Shown here in pieces: positions 14,041 to 26,275 of a stretch of 36,861 nucleotides of DNA. The notes under the pieces were generated by a model that did no database searches, had not been told where the DNA came from, and saw only the letters and a program-made list of their open reading frames with translations. How positions within the stretch are numbered: the first letter of the stretch is position 1; every line of letters begins with the position of its first letter. The translations under genes were made by a program, and so were the position numbers. This DNA comes from Guillardia theta CCMP2712 (taxonomy: Eukaryota > Protista > Cryptophyta): assembly GCF_000315625.1 (NCBI RefSeq), contig NW_005434597.1, forward strand, positions 390,641-427,501, read 5' to 3'.

Positions 14041-14972
14041 CTCTGCTCAACCTACGACAAAATTAGGTCAACAGCATGAAGGAGTCAACGAGGGAGTGAG
14101 CGGGTGAGGGAGATTAAGCAGAGGTCAATCAACATATCCAGTTACGGACAAAGGGAAAACAATATTTGCTGATCAAGTTTGGAAAGCGAGGCGCAGGAAA
14201 TAGATCGTGCACAAAGGTAAGCAGATCACTTAGAATCAGCAGACGCGAGGAGTGGGTTGGATGTATGGCAGGGACAAAAATGATTGAGAGCAAAAATAGG
14301 AGGAAGTGAAATAAGGCAAGAATGACGAATAAACGATGTTACTACATCAGAATAGAGTTATGATTTTAAGCAATGGCCTCAATGAAAGGATTGCAGAGAT
14401 TGTGCAAGTGAGAGCGAGCGGGAGGAGAGCAATGGCAAGAAAGAGGAAAGCAGACGGAAGCAGAACAACGATGGCACGAGGAGAGGAGGAGGCAGAGCAA
14501 CCATGGCAGGAGAGGAGGGGGGCAGGGATGTGGCGGGGATGGGTGGAAAGGGAGGGGAGGGGAGGGGAGGGGAGGGGAGGGGAGGGGAGAGGAGGAGGCC
14601 GGGGAAAGGGAGGCAGAGGAAACAGCAGTGGCATAGCGAGGAAGACAAAGTCCGAAGAGCCAAGAGGGTCCCTTGTAAAGGTGAAGGGTGGGGGCTCGAA
14701 ATACCAGGACATGGGGTGGTCAACTAGAACCTCACAGTAGAAAATGAGGTACTATGAAGGGTGTTTGGAGGGGTGGTCGAAATCTGTCGTCTCGGCAGGG
14801 TAGGTAGGGGTTCAAGAGGCGGGGGTGCAATTACAGAGGAAAGGGTAGGCCAGATAGATATCGATCTTGGTGGGTGGCTCGCGTAGGTAGGACCCCTCTT
14901 TGACCATCATTTTATGTCTGATGGGGGGGTAGTGGTCCATTGTTCATGACAGGTAGACCCGTGGTACAATTA

Positions 14973-16098
14973 GGGGGCTTATGGGCGCCAGGGGATTAGA
15001 CCTTAGGATTAGCTCCTGGTACAAATGTTTTAGTCAAAGGGAGGGCTAATCCCCTGCTAAGGTCGCCCAGGGGATTAGCAATTAGTAGCTAATCCCCTGG
15101 ACAACCATAACCTTTGGCTTACCAACCGTTGCGAGTTCAAAGTTCTCCCTTCCCCCCGCGCGAGGGACGTTCGAGTCAAACCACCTTCGACCTGATGCTC
15201 CGAGTGCGCATCAACCCGTGGCTCATGTATGTTGCGTGCTTCTCATTGTGAGACAAGAGGATTGATGCCTCAGCAGCTAGGGAATGACAAGACCTTCAAA
15301 GTTGAGGGATAGGGTTGGAGGCTTCATGGACCGTGAGGGCAGTGGAAGCGTTTTGAATTCGAAAATGCGATGCGAATGTCAGTGTTCATGGTGAGGACTC
15401 CCATGGTGAACGGCTTTTATGAGGTAAACTTGTATAATGGCAATCCATCAATCAATTCTTGGCTTCACCTCGACGCATGAATGACAAGATTTAGCAACAC
15501 AAATGGATACCTCGTTCTCAGGACAGAGTACAACAAGGGCTGGCAAGCTTCCTATACATCCTGGATTCGTGAAAGAACCGAGTCTGACACCATCACGACG
15601 GATCTGATAGGAAGCGAGTTGAGCTGAGGTGTGTGGACATCGTTGCTGTGAAGTTTAGCAACAGATATTCAGTACATGTGATGGTTTGTAATGTGCATCT
15701 TAACTTTGTTCCTGTGTTCATTGTAATTAGAACATGAGTAATATAATTGGACCATGCAACACCTCGTATGCATTAAGCTGTTCTTCATCATGCTTGTACT
15801 TGCTTGCAACATCACCTACAACAGCATAAGCTAACATCTCACACACCTTGCAAGCGCTCGTTCTGCACAAACATTTCAGTTTCACTACTAATCCAACACT
15901 TCCAAAAATGAAATAAAAAGAGAATAAAACTCTAAAAGTTAAGGTCATGGTACAAATTATTGAGTGATTTTAGAAGAAAACTCGATTGCTTTTCCCCTAT
16001 ATCACAACGTCTCAAAATCAGACTAAGGTTAAAACCGCCGTGTAACGGCAAGGACAGCTAATCCTAAGGTCTAAGGTCTCTGGCGCCCATAAGCCCCC
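14973..16098. mobile_element. Non-autonomous DNA transposon (MITE-like), ~1.13 kb, TIRs flanked by TA
   Basis: Left end TA|GGGGGCTTATGGGCGCCAG..TTAGACCTTAGGATTAGCT. Right end AGCTAATCCTAAGGTCTAA..CTGGCGCCCATAAGCCCCC|TA is its inverted complement. No transposase ORF inside. Confidence 0.85.
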
Positions 16099-16792
16099 TA
16101 ATGTGGGAGCAAGAACTTGCCCGACTATGTTACAACCCCTACCCCCCTTTTCATAGGCCATCACCCACCCTTTTTCGTGGACCCCCTCCCTTCAGACCGC
16201 CCCACTTTGCAATTCTCACGACCCCAACTAAAAAAAATGCTCCAACGCAAAGGGTTTTTGTTGAAAGATTTCCGGTACACAGGAGGGGGTGGGGTATATA
16301 CCATCAATTAGTAGGGTCATAAAATGGAACAGGTGGGGTGGTGCGCGGAGGAGTCCACATTCCGAGGTCGAGTTATATTCCCGTTCTATATAAAAGACTT
16401 CAAAAAGCAAAAATAAATTGAATTCTTTGTGCTTTTTATGCGTCAGTTTATTGTACAGCTACCTGTCATCAAGGACGTGACATTGCAATCCGGCCCCGAA
16501 CACAAATCTATTTTTCATTACGTTTACAGGATTATCGCAGGATATTTTTTGTAGGTGACGGTATGAGGGGCAGGGCAACGGAACCCTGATAGGAATGGAA
16601 TATGGATTCTCGGTTCATGACAGCGGGAGCGAAGTCAAGATGAGATGGCTGTCAGTCAAGAGGAGCGGAGGGACCAACAGGATGTAGAACGATGAAGCTG
16701 TTCTCTCTTTCGATAACATCCTGGTGATGTCTGGTAAGCTTGTTTGCTCGTAGTCCTCTCGTTGACCTCACGTTTGTTGATACTGTCAAGCC

Positions 16793-19700
16793 ATGGCGGT
16801 GACCCGCTAGGCCGCTCTCCTCACGCCTCTAATGTGGAGGCCTCCTCCTGCTCAATCTGCTGCACCTCCCAGCATGAGGATGGATGGTCTTAAATTTGAT
16901 GGCCTGGAGGTCAATGGCCTTTCAATTGCATGCAAACCATGTCACCGCCAAGTCACTCGTTCCAAGTCCCTCACCTCGGGCTACCGCGATAGAGACGCTC
17001 TTGTTAGGAAGCCATCTCCGGCAACCCCAGCCATGTCTATCAGAGGCAACCCCAAGACAGCAGACGAGAGGTAGCAAGTGAGTGCCACCACGCGTCTCAA
17101 GTTTCTTTCAGAGATGTGATGGGCGTCATGCTGAGTATGATGAGGTGACTCGATCAGCATGGCGGTGGTTGTGTGACGTCGCTCCAGCCATGAGATCGCT
17201 AGCTCAAGATTAGTGCAGAAGACAGAGGAAGATGCTGATGTTGCTCAAAGGTCAAACCCTCAAAGCCAACAGATCGTGAGTTTGACGTTTGGCTGTGTAT
17301 CGCCCGATTTTTGACGTCTGTTCAACAAGGCTGCGGTTCCTCTTCCATCGCAGCAGCATCAAGACAAGAGAACAGTCTTTCCTCCTCTCAAGCGCAGCTC
17401 GAGCGTCGAGAGAGAATCTGCCTCTGGTGACCCTCGCTTGTTTCTATCCCGATATTCTAAAACTGCCCCCCGAAGCGCTCAAACCCTCCAAGAGTGCGAT
17501 GCAGAGGTAGAGGGGACTCTATCCTAGACCTCGCTGACGTCAGCAGGCTCAAGGAGGACCCTCTGCCTCCTACCAACATACTGGGAGGAGACTTCGAGCT
17601 AGCGGGAGCTCAGCATGTGCGACAGCTGCTCCTCCTCGCCGCCTGACTCACCAGCATGGCAGCTGATCCGCATGAAGAAGTCACACAAGACACACTTCAG
17701 GTTCCTGTCTGCGATCATGATTGTCGGCTGAGTGAAGCTCGATGACAACAGAGGAGACTTGTCCAAGAAGCCAGCGGCGACTCTTTTCCTTGTTGGGGGC
17801 AACAAGTCAGTGAAAGACGAGGCAAGGAGTCGGTATGTCTTTCTTTTTCTCATCAAGCTCTTGCATGTTGCTCACTTTCCTTCTTGTGCGTCACTACAGG
17901 GGGATCAAAGTTATGCAACAGCAAGAGGACTCCAACGCCTTCGACCTCAAGTGGACCCTCGGCCATGCAGACATTGACTTTGGCAAGCTCGCCTCCTCTC
18001 AGTTTGTAAATCATTTCCCCGGTACCGCCAGCGAGCTTGGCGCCAAGGTAGAGGGAGGAGGAGGTTGGGTGGTTGGGTGAGACAGAGTCAGGTGGGTCTG
18101 AACAGAAACTTGAAGTCGTTGAGATGGTTCGACGGGATGGAAGTTGACAGCTTCTTTCCTCGCATGTACAACCTCTACAACCCTTGGGAGCTGCAAGGTG
18201 TTTGTGAGCCGAGCAGAGCCGAGCGGTCCTGAACGCAGCAAGCAGACTTCATCGAAGATTTCATATTCACAGCTGCAGCCGTCGAGATCAAACGAGAGAT
18301 GCTGGGGATGGAGCTCACAGATCCTGCAGCAAAGACAAGTCAGGAGCGAAAGTATGACATCCTTGAAAGCGCGACTCACATCTGTATGAGGTAATAAGAT
18401 CAGTTGCTGTTATGTTTGCTGCCGTTGATAGTCTTGGGAGGTTTCTGGACAACAAAAAGAAGCTGCTGCAAGGAGATAAAGATGGAGATGTAGCAGGAGT
18501 GTTGGGCATTCATCATTATCTCTGGATTCGATTGGACTTGTCGTGGAAATCCTTCATGGTTACCAGGACCAAAGATCTCGGTCTCTCACTCATTCTTCCT
18601 CCTCCTCTTCCTCCTCTTCCTCCTCTTCCTCCTCTTCCTCCTCCCCTGACCTTCGTCTTCAGAGCCCCCGCACGAATGGCGGTCGTTGACGTCTGAGGAA
18701 GTAAGCAAGAGAGTCGCCGACGTCTTCAGTCGCCTCAAGCTGGAGCACGTGCAGGTTATCTGTGACTCTTCTGCCTCAGCGTGTTTGACGAGCGTGTCAA
18801 GTTTGGCATGGATGGGGTGAGGAACGTGTGGCTGGTGAAGCCGGGCTGCGGCACCCGAGGGAACGGGATCAAGTGCTTTGACGGCATGAGGGAGCTGCTG
18901 TGTTATGCTGCTGGTAGCGCAGACTTTCTCTCCTCCGCTTCCTGACGCCCTCAAGGCCGAAAGAAAGGCGCCATTGCGCAGAAGTACATCGAGAACTGCC
19001 TCCTGCTCCATGACAAGAAATTCGACATTCGCTCGTGGACGCTGGTGCGAGATTCGTTTCTCCTCCTCCACAGAGTGAGGAAGCAGCGCAGGTCTCCAAC
19101 TGGAACCCGTTGACTGCCTGGATCCATGAGCCGTACATGAGAATCTGCACAGAAAGTCACAGCCTGGACGCCGACAGTCTCAAGAATCACTTCAAGCATC
19201 TGTGCAACCGGTGCGAGCGGGGGAGGTCAGAGGGCGAGCGTGTGATTCGAAGCAGATGTGTGCAGGTCAAGAGTGGCAAGTACGAGGAGCAAGACAGCGA
19301 AGAAGACGGGAGCATGTGGAGTGTGGAAACTTTAAAGAAATACCTGGAAGAAAACTTTGAAGGCGGAGAGAGGTGACGACATTGTTTGCTTGAAAGCTGG
19401 TTTGTTGTGATGTCAGTCTTTACAAGCCTCTGGAAAAAAGTTGAAGATCAAATAAGGAGAATCTCGCTCATGTGCCTGCATTGCGTCCAGGAATTTTCAA
19501 CATGCGTCTGGATCGCTGCAGCTGATGGTGTAAGCAGGATCTGATTGAGAACAAGGAAGGATGTTTCGAATGGTTTGGTCTTGACTATGTTGTTGATGAC
19601 AAGTCCGTCCGTTCCTTGTTGAGGTTCAGCTTGACTGTGCCTGCCAGCTTCAACGTCTGGCTGCTGGAGTGCAACATCAGCCCCGACCTCTCCATGGGCA

Positions 19701-20760
19701 CTGAGGTCCTCCCATGCGGCGCTGCCTCCTCGTCCTCAGCTGAGCGGCAGGTGCTCGACCGCCTGGTGCCTTTGGCTGTCCGAGGAGTCTTTGATCTCCT
19801 CTCGTCCAAGGGCGCAGCCACGAGCAGCTGGGAGTTAGGTGAGAGTCTGCTGGAGGTGCTGCTGCTCAAGCTCGTCGCAGTCTTCTGCGGGAAGGAGATC
19901 AAAAGGGAGTCGCTGCAGGTTGACCAGCTGCCTTGCCTCCTCGCCTCCTCTGAGCCTGTCAACAGCGACGGCAGGTGGTGCGTCAGGGCATCATGACTGA
20001 GATGCGCGCGGGGCGACCGTACTGCATGCGCGACGCTCTACAGGTGGCTGATGCGACTCCTCGCTCCTCTCACTCCAACTTTAGTCGAAACTGGGAGGAG
20101 AGCTGGCAGGGATGATCCAGCGCAGCGGGAAGGAGAGATAGCGGAGGAGGGGACCAGGCTTTGTAAACTTAGCTTGAAATCTTTATCATACATCGCATCG
20201 TCGCACACACGCACAACGGAGGGCAGTACAGCGCAGGGGTCACACTGGCTGAATCCCGTCGCCGTGCAAGTCAGGGACTCGCTCGGGAGCAAAGAGAGGG
20301 TTGGCTTCCCGTTCCCTCTCATCGGAGGACTGCAAGGAGAACCAGCTGAGAGGCCGTCAGGAGAGGAAGACAAGACCCGAGCAGCTACCTCACGCAGCAG
20401 CAGGGAAGGCACAAGACCTGCATGAGCAACACGAACCAGAAGAGCGAGATCCGCAACATCAAGCACGCCCTGCCATGGTCGTCAGGCTGAAAACAGACAC
20501 CAACCAGGTCATCGACTTCTGCTTCATCGCCCAGTAGTAAAACTTGCCACACGCTGTCTGTTGCAGAGCAGGTCCGTGAACGACAGCAGCTTGCGAGCCG
20601 GGGCTGAAGTAATCTACAGCACTCTCGATCTTTCGCTTGCCGTCAGCCCTTGTCCCTCATCACATGATCTCTTACCCCACTGTGCCAGAGCTCGACGAAT
20701 CGTGTCTGCGACGGGGCTCCAATAACGTCCCTGAGCCTCAGGCGTCATGTCAAGTAGACC
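16793..20760 (+). CDS. Tubulin-tyrosine ligase-like protein, TTLL3/8 glycylase-like; many exons, ends approximate
   Basis: FDLKWT, FVNHFPG, DSFFPRMYNL, NVWLVKPGCGTRGNGIK, AQKYIENCLLLHDKKFDIRSW, NWNPLTAWIHEPYMRIC, HLCN, FEWFGLDYVVD, VWLLECNISPDL. Confidence 0.88.
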
Positions 20761-20864
20761 CCTCCCGTTGAGCGAACCGAAATCTCGCCTTCACTTTGGG
20801 CTTGACATCGGAGCCCGGCGTCCTGATCAGACGATTTTCAATCAGAGGAGGGCAGACAAGGAGC

Positions 20865-21731
20865 TTAAGAATGAAAAAACCTGGTGGGAGAAACCAAACA
20901 CGTCTTGGGATTTAATCTCGGGCAGTTGAGAGAAAATCCGCCATCAATCACAAAGAAAGAACCGATTCGAACTGGTCGGAGCATTGCGACCGGGATGAAA
21001 CAAGACGCTAAGATGACATCTTTCACGTGATTGTTGGATTCCCACATGCTAATCATCGTGTTTCTGCTGAAGAATTTTGTGACAGAGACGAAGAGCCTGT
21101 CTCTGAGGTGCATGTAGGCATTCTTGCCGAAGCTCTCCAGGATCTCATCGAGAGCGAGCTCCACGTACTTGTCCACTTGCAGCAGACCGAAGCAGCACTG
21201 GCCCATGGGCTCCCACAGGTGAGCCATCCGTCGCATCCACGGCTCCGCCTCCAGCCCCAGTGCGGCGACTAGAGCAGCGATGGCGCCCGAAGAGGTTCCA
21301 ACGTACCTGATTCTTCGATGCTGCAGCGTGTCCCTGCCGTAGAGGCGACAAACGGCCTCGTAAACTCCCAGGTGAAAACTCACTGCTGCTCCGCATCCTT
21401 CAAAGCTGATCGACTCAGGCAGCTCCTTCCTTGTCCTTGCTGCCTGTGTCCCTCCGCTCTGCGTGGAGGTTACAGAGCTCGTCGTCATCACCATCACCTC
21501 TGGCAGCGCATGGGCGACAGGGCGGGGGGGGATGAGAACAGGAATCACCCCATGCGCTGTGATGTTTGCGATGTTGGGCCCGAGGCGAGGAGGCTCTGGG
21601 ATGAAAGACATGGCCGAAGAGACCAGGCTCTCCCTCTTGTCACCTATCGGACCAGCCAAGAATGCCAGACGACCTCCGACACCGCATGGGTCTTCCTTTG
21701 ATTCCTCGCTACACTCGGACGCGTCCCTCAC
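20865..21731 (-). CDS. Patatin-like phospholipase (PNPLA/ATGL-type), intronless; likely AUG near 21611 (MSFIPE)
   Basis: ISFEGCGAAVSFHLGV oxyanion loop, GTSSG nucleophile elbow, ASCFIP, and DGG catalytic Asp. Confidence 0.9.
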   Translation of the reverse strand: MRDASECSEESKEDPCGVGGRLAFLAGPIGDKRESLVSSAMSFIPEPPRLGPNIANITAHGVIPVLIPPRPVAHALPEVMVMTTSSVTSTQSGGTQAARTRKELPESISFEGCGAAVSFHLGVYEAVCRLYGRDTLQHRRIRYVGTSSGAIAALVAALGLEAEPWMRRMAHLWEPMGQCCFGLLQVDKYVELALDEILESFGKNAYMHLRDRLFVSVTKFFSRNTMISMWESNNHVKDVILASCFIPVAMLRPVRIGSFFVIDGGFSLNCPRLNPKTCLVSPTRFFHS

Positions 21732-22231
21732 ACAAGCCTATCCTCGGAGCTGACAATGCTGGCTGGATTCCCGTTCGATCCTCGTCTGCAAGTGAAAATC
21801 AGGTGTTGTGGAATGGGAGAATGTGATTTGGTGACAATGAAAAAATGGAATGTTATATATGAAAAATCTCAAGAGTTAGCAATGCTTGTACAGACCCGTC
21901 CTAATAAAATCCAACTCCGTCATTTTCTCCCTTTTCAAATCATTTTCAGATTTCAAGCATTGATGATACATTCAATCCTCCCACTCCTGATGCCATTCCT
22001 TCATCCTCCTTCCTCTCCTCCTCCTGCACCTCCTCCTCCTCCCCTTCCTCCTCCTCTCTTCCCTCCTCCCCTTCTCATCCTGCCTTCTCGCAAGTCGGAA
22101 GGCATAACCCTGTACCAGCACTACCCCTGTCAAAGACTTCAAATGTACCCGTAATCGAAGCATCGGTGTCATGCCGTTACGCCCTTGCTGGGATTTCAGT
22201 GTGGGAGGAGGGAGAGCGAGGGGGAGGGAGG

Positions 22232-22288
22232 AAGGGAGGGAGGGAAGGGGAGGGAGGGAGGGAGGGAGGGAGGGAGGGAGGGAGGGAG
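22232..22288 (+). repeat. (GGGA)n microsatellite, G-quadruplex-prone
   Basis: Run of GGGA units upstream of the patatin gene. Confidence 0.9.
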
Positions 22289-22729
22289 TTGATAAGAGAG
22301 GGTTCAAGGTGTGGATGCGTAATGAAAGAACAAAGGAGGGAGATCAAGATAGTGAGAGGAGGGTGAATTTTCGCAGACAAAGCGTTTTCGCAGAAAGAGC
22401 AATGCCTTCGCCTGTGGATCTACAAACAAGCATGGAAGAGGCGTACAATATTGTCAGTTATGTGCTAATCTACAGGGATGCCGTATATGTTATCGGCTAG
22501 TCTTGCCATATATTTCGTTTTAGCAGGAGCAGCAGCACGGCACTGCTGCACATGCGACGTGTCGGTATCCTGTTAGTTCTGGATGATTTGCATGTTTCAG
22601 GAGCATGCAGCAATGGTTGTCCGCTAGCCCTATCGTTTAGTTTGCATTTGCCCTCTGACCCTCTCTCAACGGTCCTTCACTCAGTGTTGGCATGTAGGAG
22701 AGTTTCAAGTGTTCATCCCCTTCATAACC

Positions 22730-23819
22730 TCATAGTTCGATTACAGCATTCAGCTCCCGCATGTCCACCTTGAAGTCTCCCAGGCCGAGGCTGAGCTTCC
22801 CACCGCTGGTAGACGTGTAAGCAGCGTCGGGGAGCTGCAGACTCTGAAGTATGCCGCGTCACAAGCGAGGAGAAGTAGCTGACACTCACCGAGTCGAACT
22901 CGACATGGAAGTTCTCGTGCAGAGGCACTCGCTTCCGCATCTGGAGCATGGGCCCGCTCTCGCTGTACATCCTTGCGGACAAGCCAGGGTTGGGCCTGAT
23001 CTTGAAGCCGATCATGCTTTTCTTGGTCTGCCAATCGAACCCAGCCTTGAGCCACAAGGAGGTTCGCTCGTCGACCTGCTGAGGTCTTAGGCTGCTCACT
23101 CACTCGCAGTTGCTCACGTTAAAATCTTTGGTGATGGCAATCTCCGATCCTTGGATGTTGATGTTGCCCCCGATCACCAGGTCCCTCCAGCTTGTCTTCA
23201 CGCTTCGCCTTCAGTCAGCCATCAGCTGCTCCCTCCCGCGACTCACCTCCATGACCCCAGCATCGGGTCGAAATCAGCCCCAAGCGTCAGCCGAGTGATG
23301 CCGAGTGGATAGAGGCTGTTGCTGACGGTTAAGCCATGTCAGCAGCGCCAGTACAGCAGAACCGCTTTCGGATCTTGAGGATGGTTCGCTTGGGCTTCAG
23401 GTTCCACGTGATGCCTTTAATGAGCATTCAGCCGCATTCACGCGCTCCGCCTCCTCACCTGGCGTCTCTATGCGGCTGAACACGTCTCGTACGGTGTCGT
23501 ACCAGCGATGATCTTCATCTTTGCCATGAACATCTGTGCATGACAGCATCTCATGAAAGCATGGCAAGCAAGGTTATCCACATGTACCGTGCTCAATCTC
23601 TGGCGTCACAGACGCTGGCGGAATCTCACGTGTCTTGCCGCCAATACCCCATGCTCCATTGAAGAGACCTCCCGCTGGAGTGCTGCCTTCGCTTGAAGCC
23701 GTGGGGACGGAGACAACAACAATAAAAATAATCCAAAATCTTGATGCTGTCCAGGCGCATTGGAACAATTCTTGGAACTTCATCCCAAGAAGAATTCTTT
23801 TCTCGCCTTGCAAACTCAT
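22730..23819 (-). CDS. Hypothetical protein with N-terminal hydrophobic segment and amphipathic beta-strand-rich body; multi-exon
   Basis: FWIIFIVVVSVPTASS N-terminus; exons GITWNLKPKR, RLTLGADFD, KTSWRD..GGNINIQGSEIAITKDF, SLWLKAGFDWQTKKSMIGFKIR; ends DFKVDMRELNAVIEL* (TGA 22730-22732). Confidence 0.6.
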
Positions 23820-24449
23820 CAGTGTTCCCAATGATTTAAAGTAACATCTTTTTTTTTTCAAAACTCATCAGTTTCCTTTTGTTTTTAACTCGCGGAGGAA
23901 ATGTCAAGAGGAAATAATGCTCTCCATCTCAGTTGTAGATCATACAAAAGGAATCGTACTTTATGAATGTGAGAAACAAGATCATCTCTCCGTCTCTCAA
24001 GTATCCTAACGTTGATCACTTGGTCTCTACTTCATCTTTCATCTCTCGGCTGGTGCTGGCATATGTTTTGACACCACCGGCATTGCCCCCCTCGCATTGC
24101 CGTCGACATATAAAGGGGCATAGCGTTGCTGTCTCTCCTTCTTTGTTAATAGATACTCTGAGGGGGGAGTGGGGGGGAATGGAAACGCGAAGGAGGAAAT
24201 GCTGTTGGCGGGGAGGCGAGACAAGGATGGGAGGACGGAGTTCATGGAGGCGAGGAGCTGATGAGGTCCAAAAGGATACAAGTAGAAAACGCAACCATCA
24301 AACAGAAATTAGTTCACCAAGCTCTGAATTTATGAGTTTAGGCCGTTACTACGCGTGTTCTTTTCAACTGTCCGCAAACTTATACAAAACGTTTTTCCAT
24401 GTAGACAAGAAGTTGAGACCCAAAGGTTGCAAAGAAGAGGCCACTTTGA

Positions 24450-25940
24450 TTAGATGGAAGAGGACAGGCAAGAGCATCTCCAGCAAGACAAAGCTTCTTT
24501 TATCCGTTGCGCAGCTGTGACATAATCAGATTCCTTGCAAGCACGGTCTTGTTGCTAAACTTACTTGAGGGACCTCTTCGTGCACGATGCAGTTGGGCCC
24601 CTGATGAAAGCAAGCTTTAGACTTTTTGTCATCGCACTCGTTATGCTATCACCCAAATTAAACAACATGTCGTCTCCATTCCAATGATAGTTACGCGCCC
24701 TTTCCTTAGCAGCCTCCTGATTCCAACCCCACCTAGTAAACAATTCAGAGTGAGTCTGAGATACCTGCCGAAAGCTCCATACCCAACATTGCCGCCAGCC
24801 AACTCCTTGTCATAGTCAATTCGTTTGATCGGGTCTGTCAGCACCTGTTTCCAGTCATGCACATCGCAAGCAATGGGCGATGAGACCGAATAAGCTTCAT
24901 TCAGATATGCGAATTTGTCTTGTGCAGAAGGATCGTCAAGGTTTTTGTCTGGATGTAGCTTGACGGCAAGCTTCTTATATGCTTTCTTAATTTCCGCATC
25001 TACCATCTCGCGTGAACGACTCGAAAACACAACGAAGGCTCACCTGTGCATGTCTGTTCCAGACCAAGGAATTCATAGTAACTCTGCTGCTTGCTCTGCT
25101 TCGCTGATTTCACATTGTGTTGATCTGGGTTGGAATGGTTTGCACGGTTGCCGTTTGGTCTGTGGCCATTGGTTGACGGATGATGGGCTCGCGAGGTGCC
25201 TGCCATGGGCGAATCTTGAGCAGAAGATCGCCTATGCCCTCCGTAGCTTTCAGGATTTCTTTCGGGACTCGCTATGTTGAAAAGAGGATGAATACTTTCA
25301 GAGGTCAACCCCTCATGCAAGAAAAATCCAGAGTGAGTTGGACTTCCCAGCTTGAACTCATGCGCATGCATCGTTTGCAAGTTTGGAACACACAGCCGTG
25401 GTGATCATGTAGATCTATATCATCTCCAACGTTTCCCAGGTATGAGAATTCGCTCCAATAAGACTGCCCAAAAAATATAAAATCATTACCAACGGCACAA
25501 ACAAACCAAATCAGACCAACTGACTATTCTTTACATCGCGAGACGAATTCTTTTTCAAGTTGATAAGCACAAGTGAAAAGAAAAAAGAAAAAACAGACTG
25601 GGGCCAAAATCAAGGCAGACCATTGATCTACGAAACGAGATCTTGATTGCCACCATGTTGGGCTCCTTTCCAGAAACCCAACCACTTGACGCAGTTGCTG
25701 TACTGTCCATACAACTTCTAAGACTTGCTTTGGTTAAGCATCATAGACCAATCAATTTAAATGGGAAAAACTAGCTGTGCCTGCCTTTCATTCTCTCATC
25801 TTCTTCTTTCAACTTCTAGAGGACAAATGTGTATCTTTCCCCAGATATCAATCAAGATGATCTTTTCAGTCGTATCAATCCCTCGACCATCTCTCATGCC
25901 TCCAACGTTCTGAAATTCACCTTGGCGCACTCCTACCATT
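24450..25940 (-). CDS. DnaJ/J-domain protein with internal J domain; multi-exon, ends approximate
   Basis: [13 protein letters not shown] [intron] [38 protein letters not shown] [intron] [12 protein letters not shown]; HPD motif intact. Confidence 0.85.
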
Positions 25941-26275
25941 CAATTTTTCCTTGACTATCATCTCGACATCGATCGCCCTAACCGTCATTCTGCTGCCATG
26001 TTCAGCTGTCGTTCCAGCCTCCGCGGGATTTTATAAGTGTCAGCTGGTATAATTTCATGGTTTTATTTTGACCTCATATAATATTACGCGGTACATCATA
26101 TAATAATATATTCTAATAATATATTACTCAAACCTATGCATGTACTCTTAACATTGGTATTTAAAACCTTGTTATCTGCATTTCGAACAATTCCAAAATG
26201 AATTACAATGATTTAATATAGATTATAATCTCATTTTAGGTACTTGCCTTGTCAATGCGAGGATGAATCATGATG

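Noticed and set aside
23963-24520. 185-aa + strand ORF
   Set aside because: No domain features; overlaps the 3' end of the DnaJ gene and the upstream region of the neighbouring minus-strand gene.
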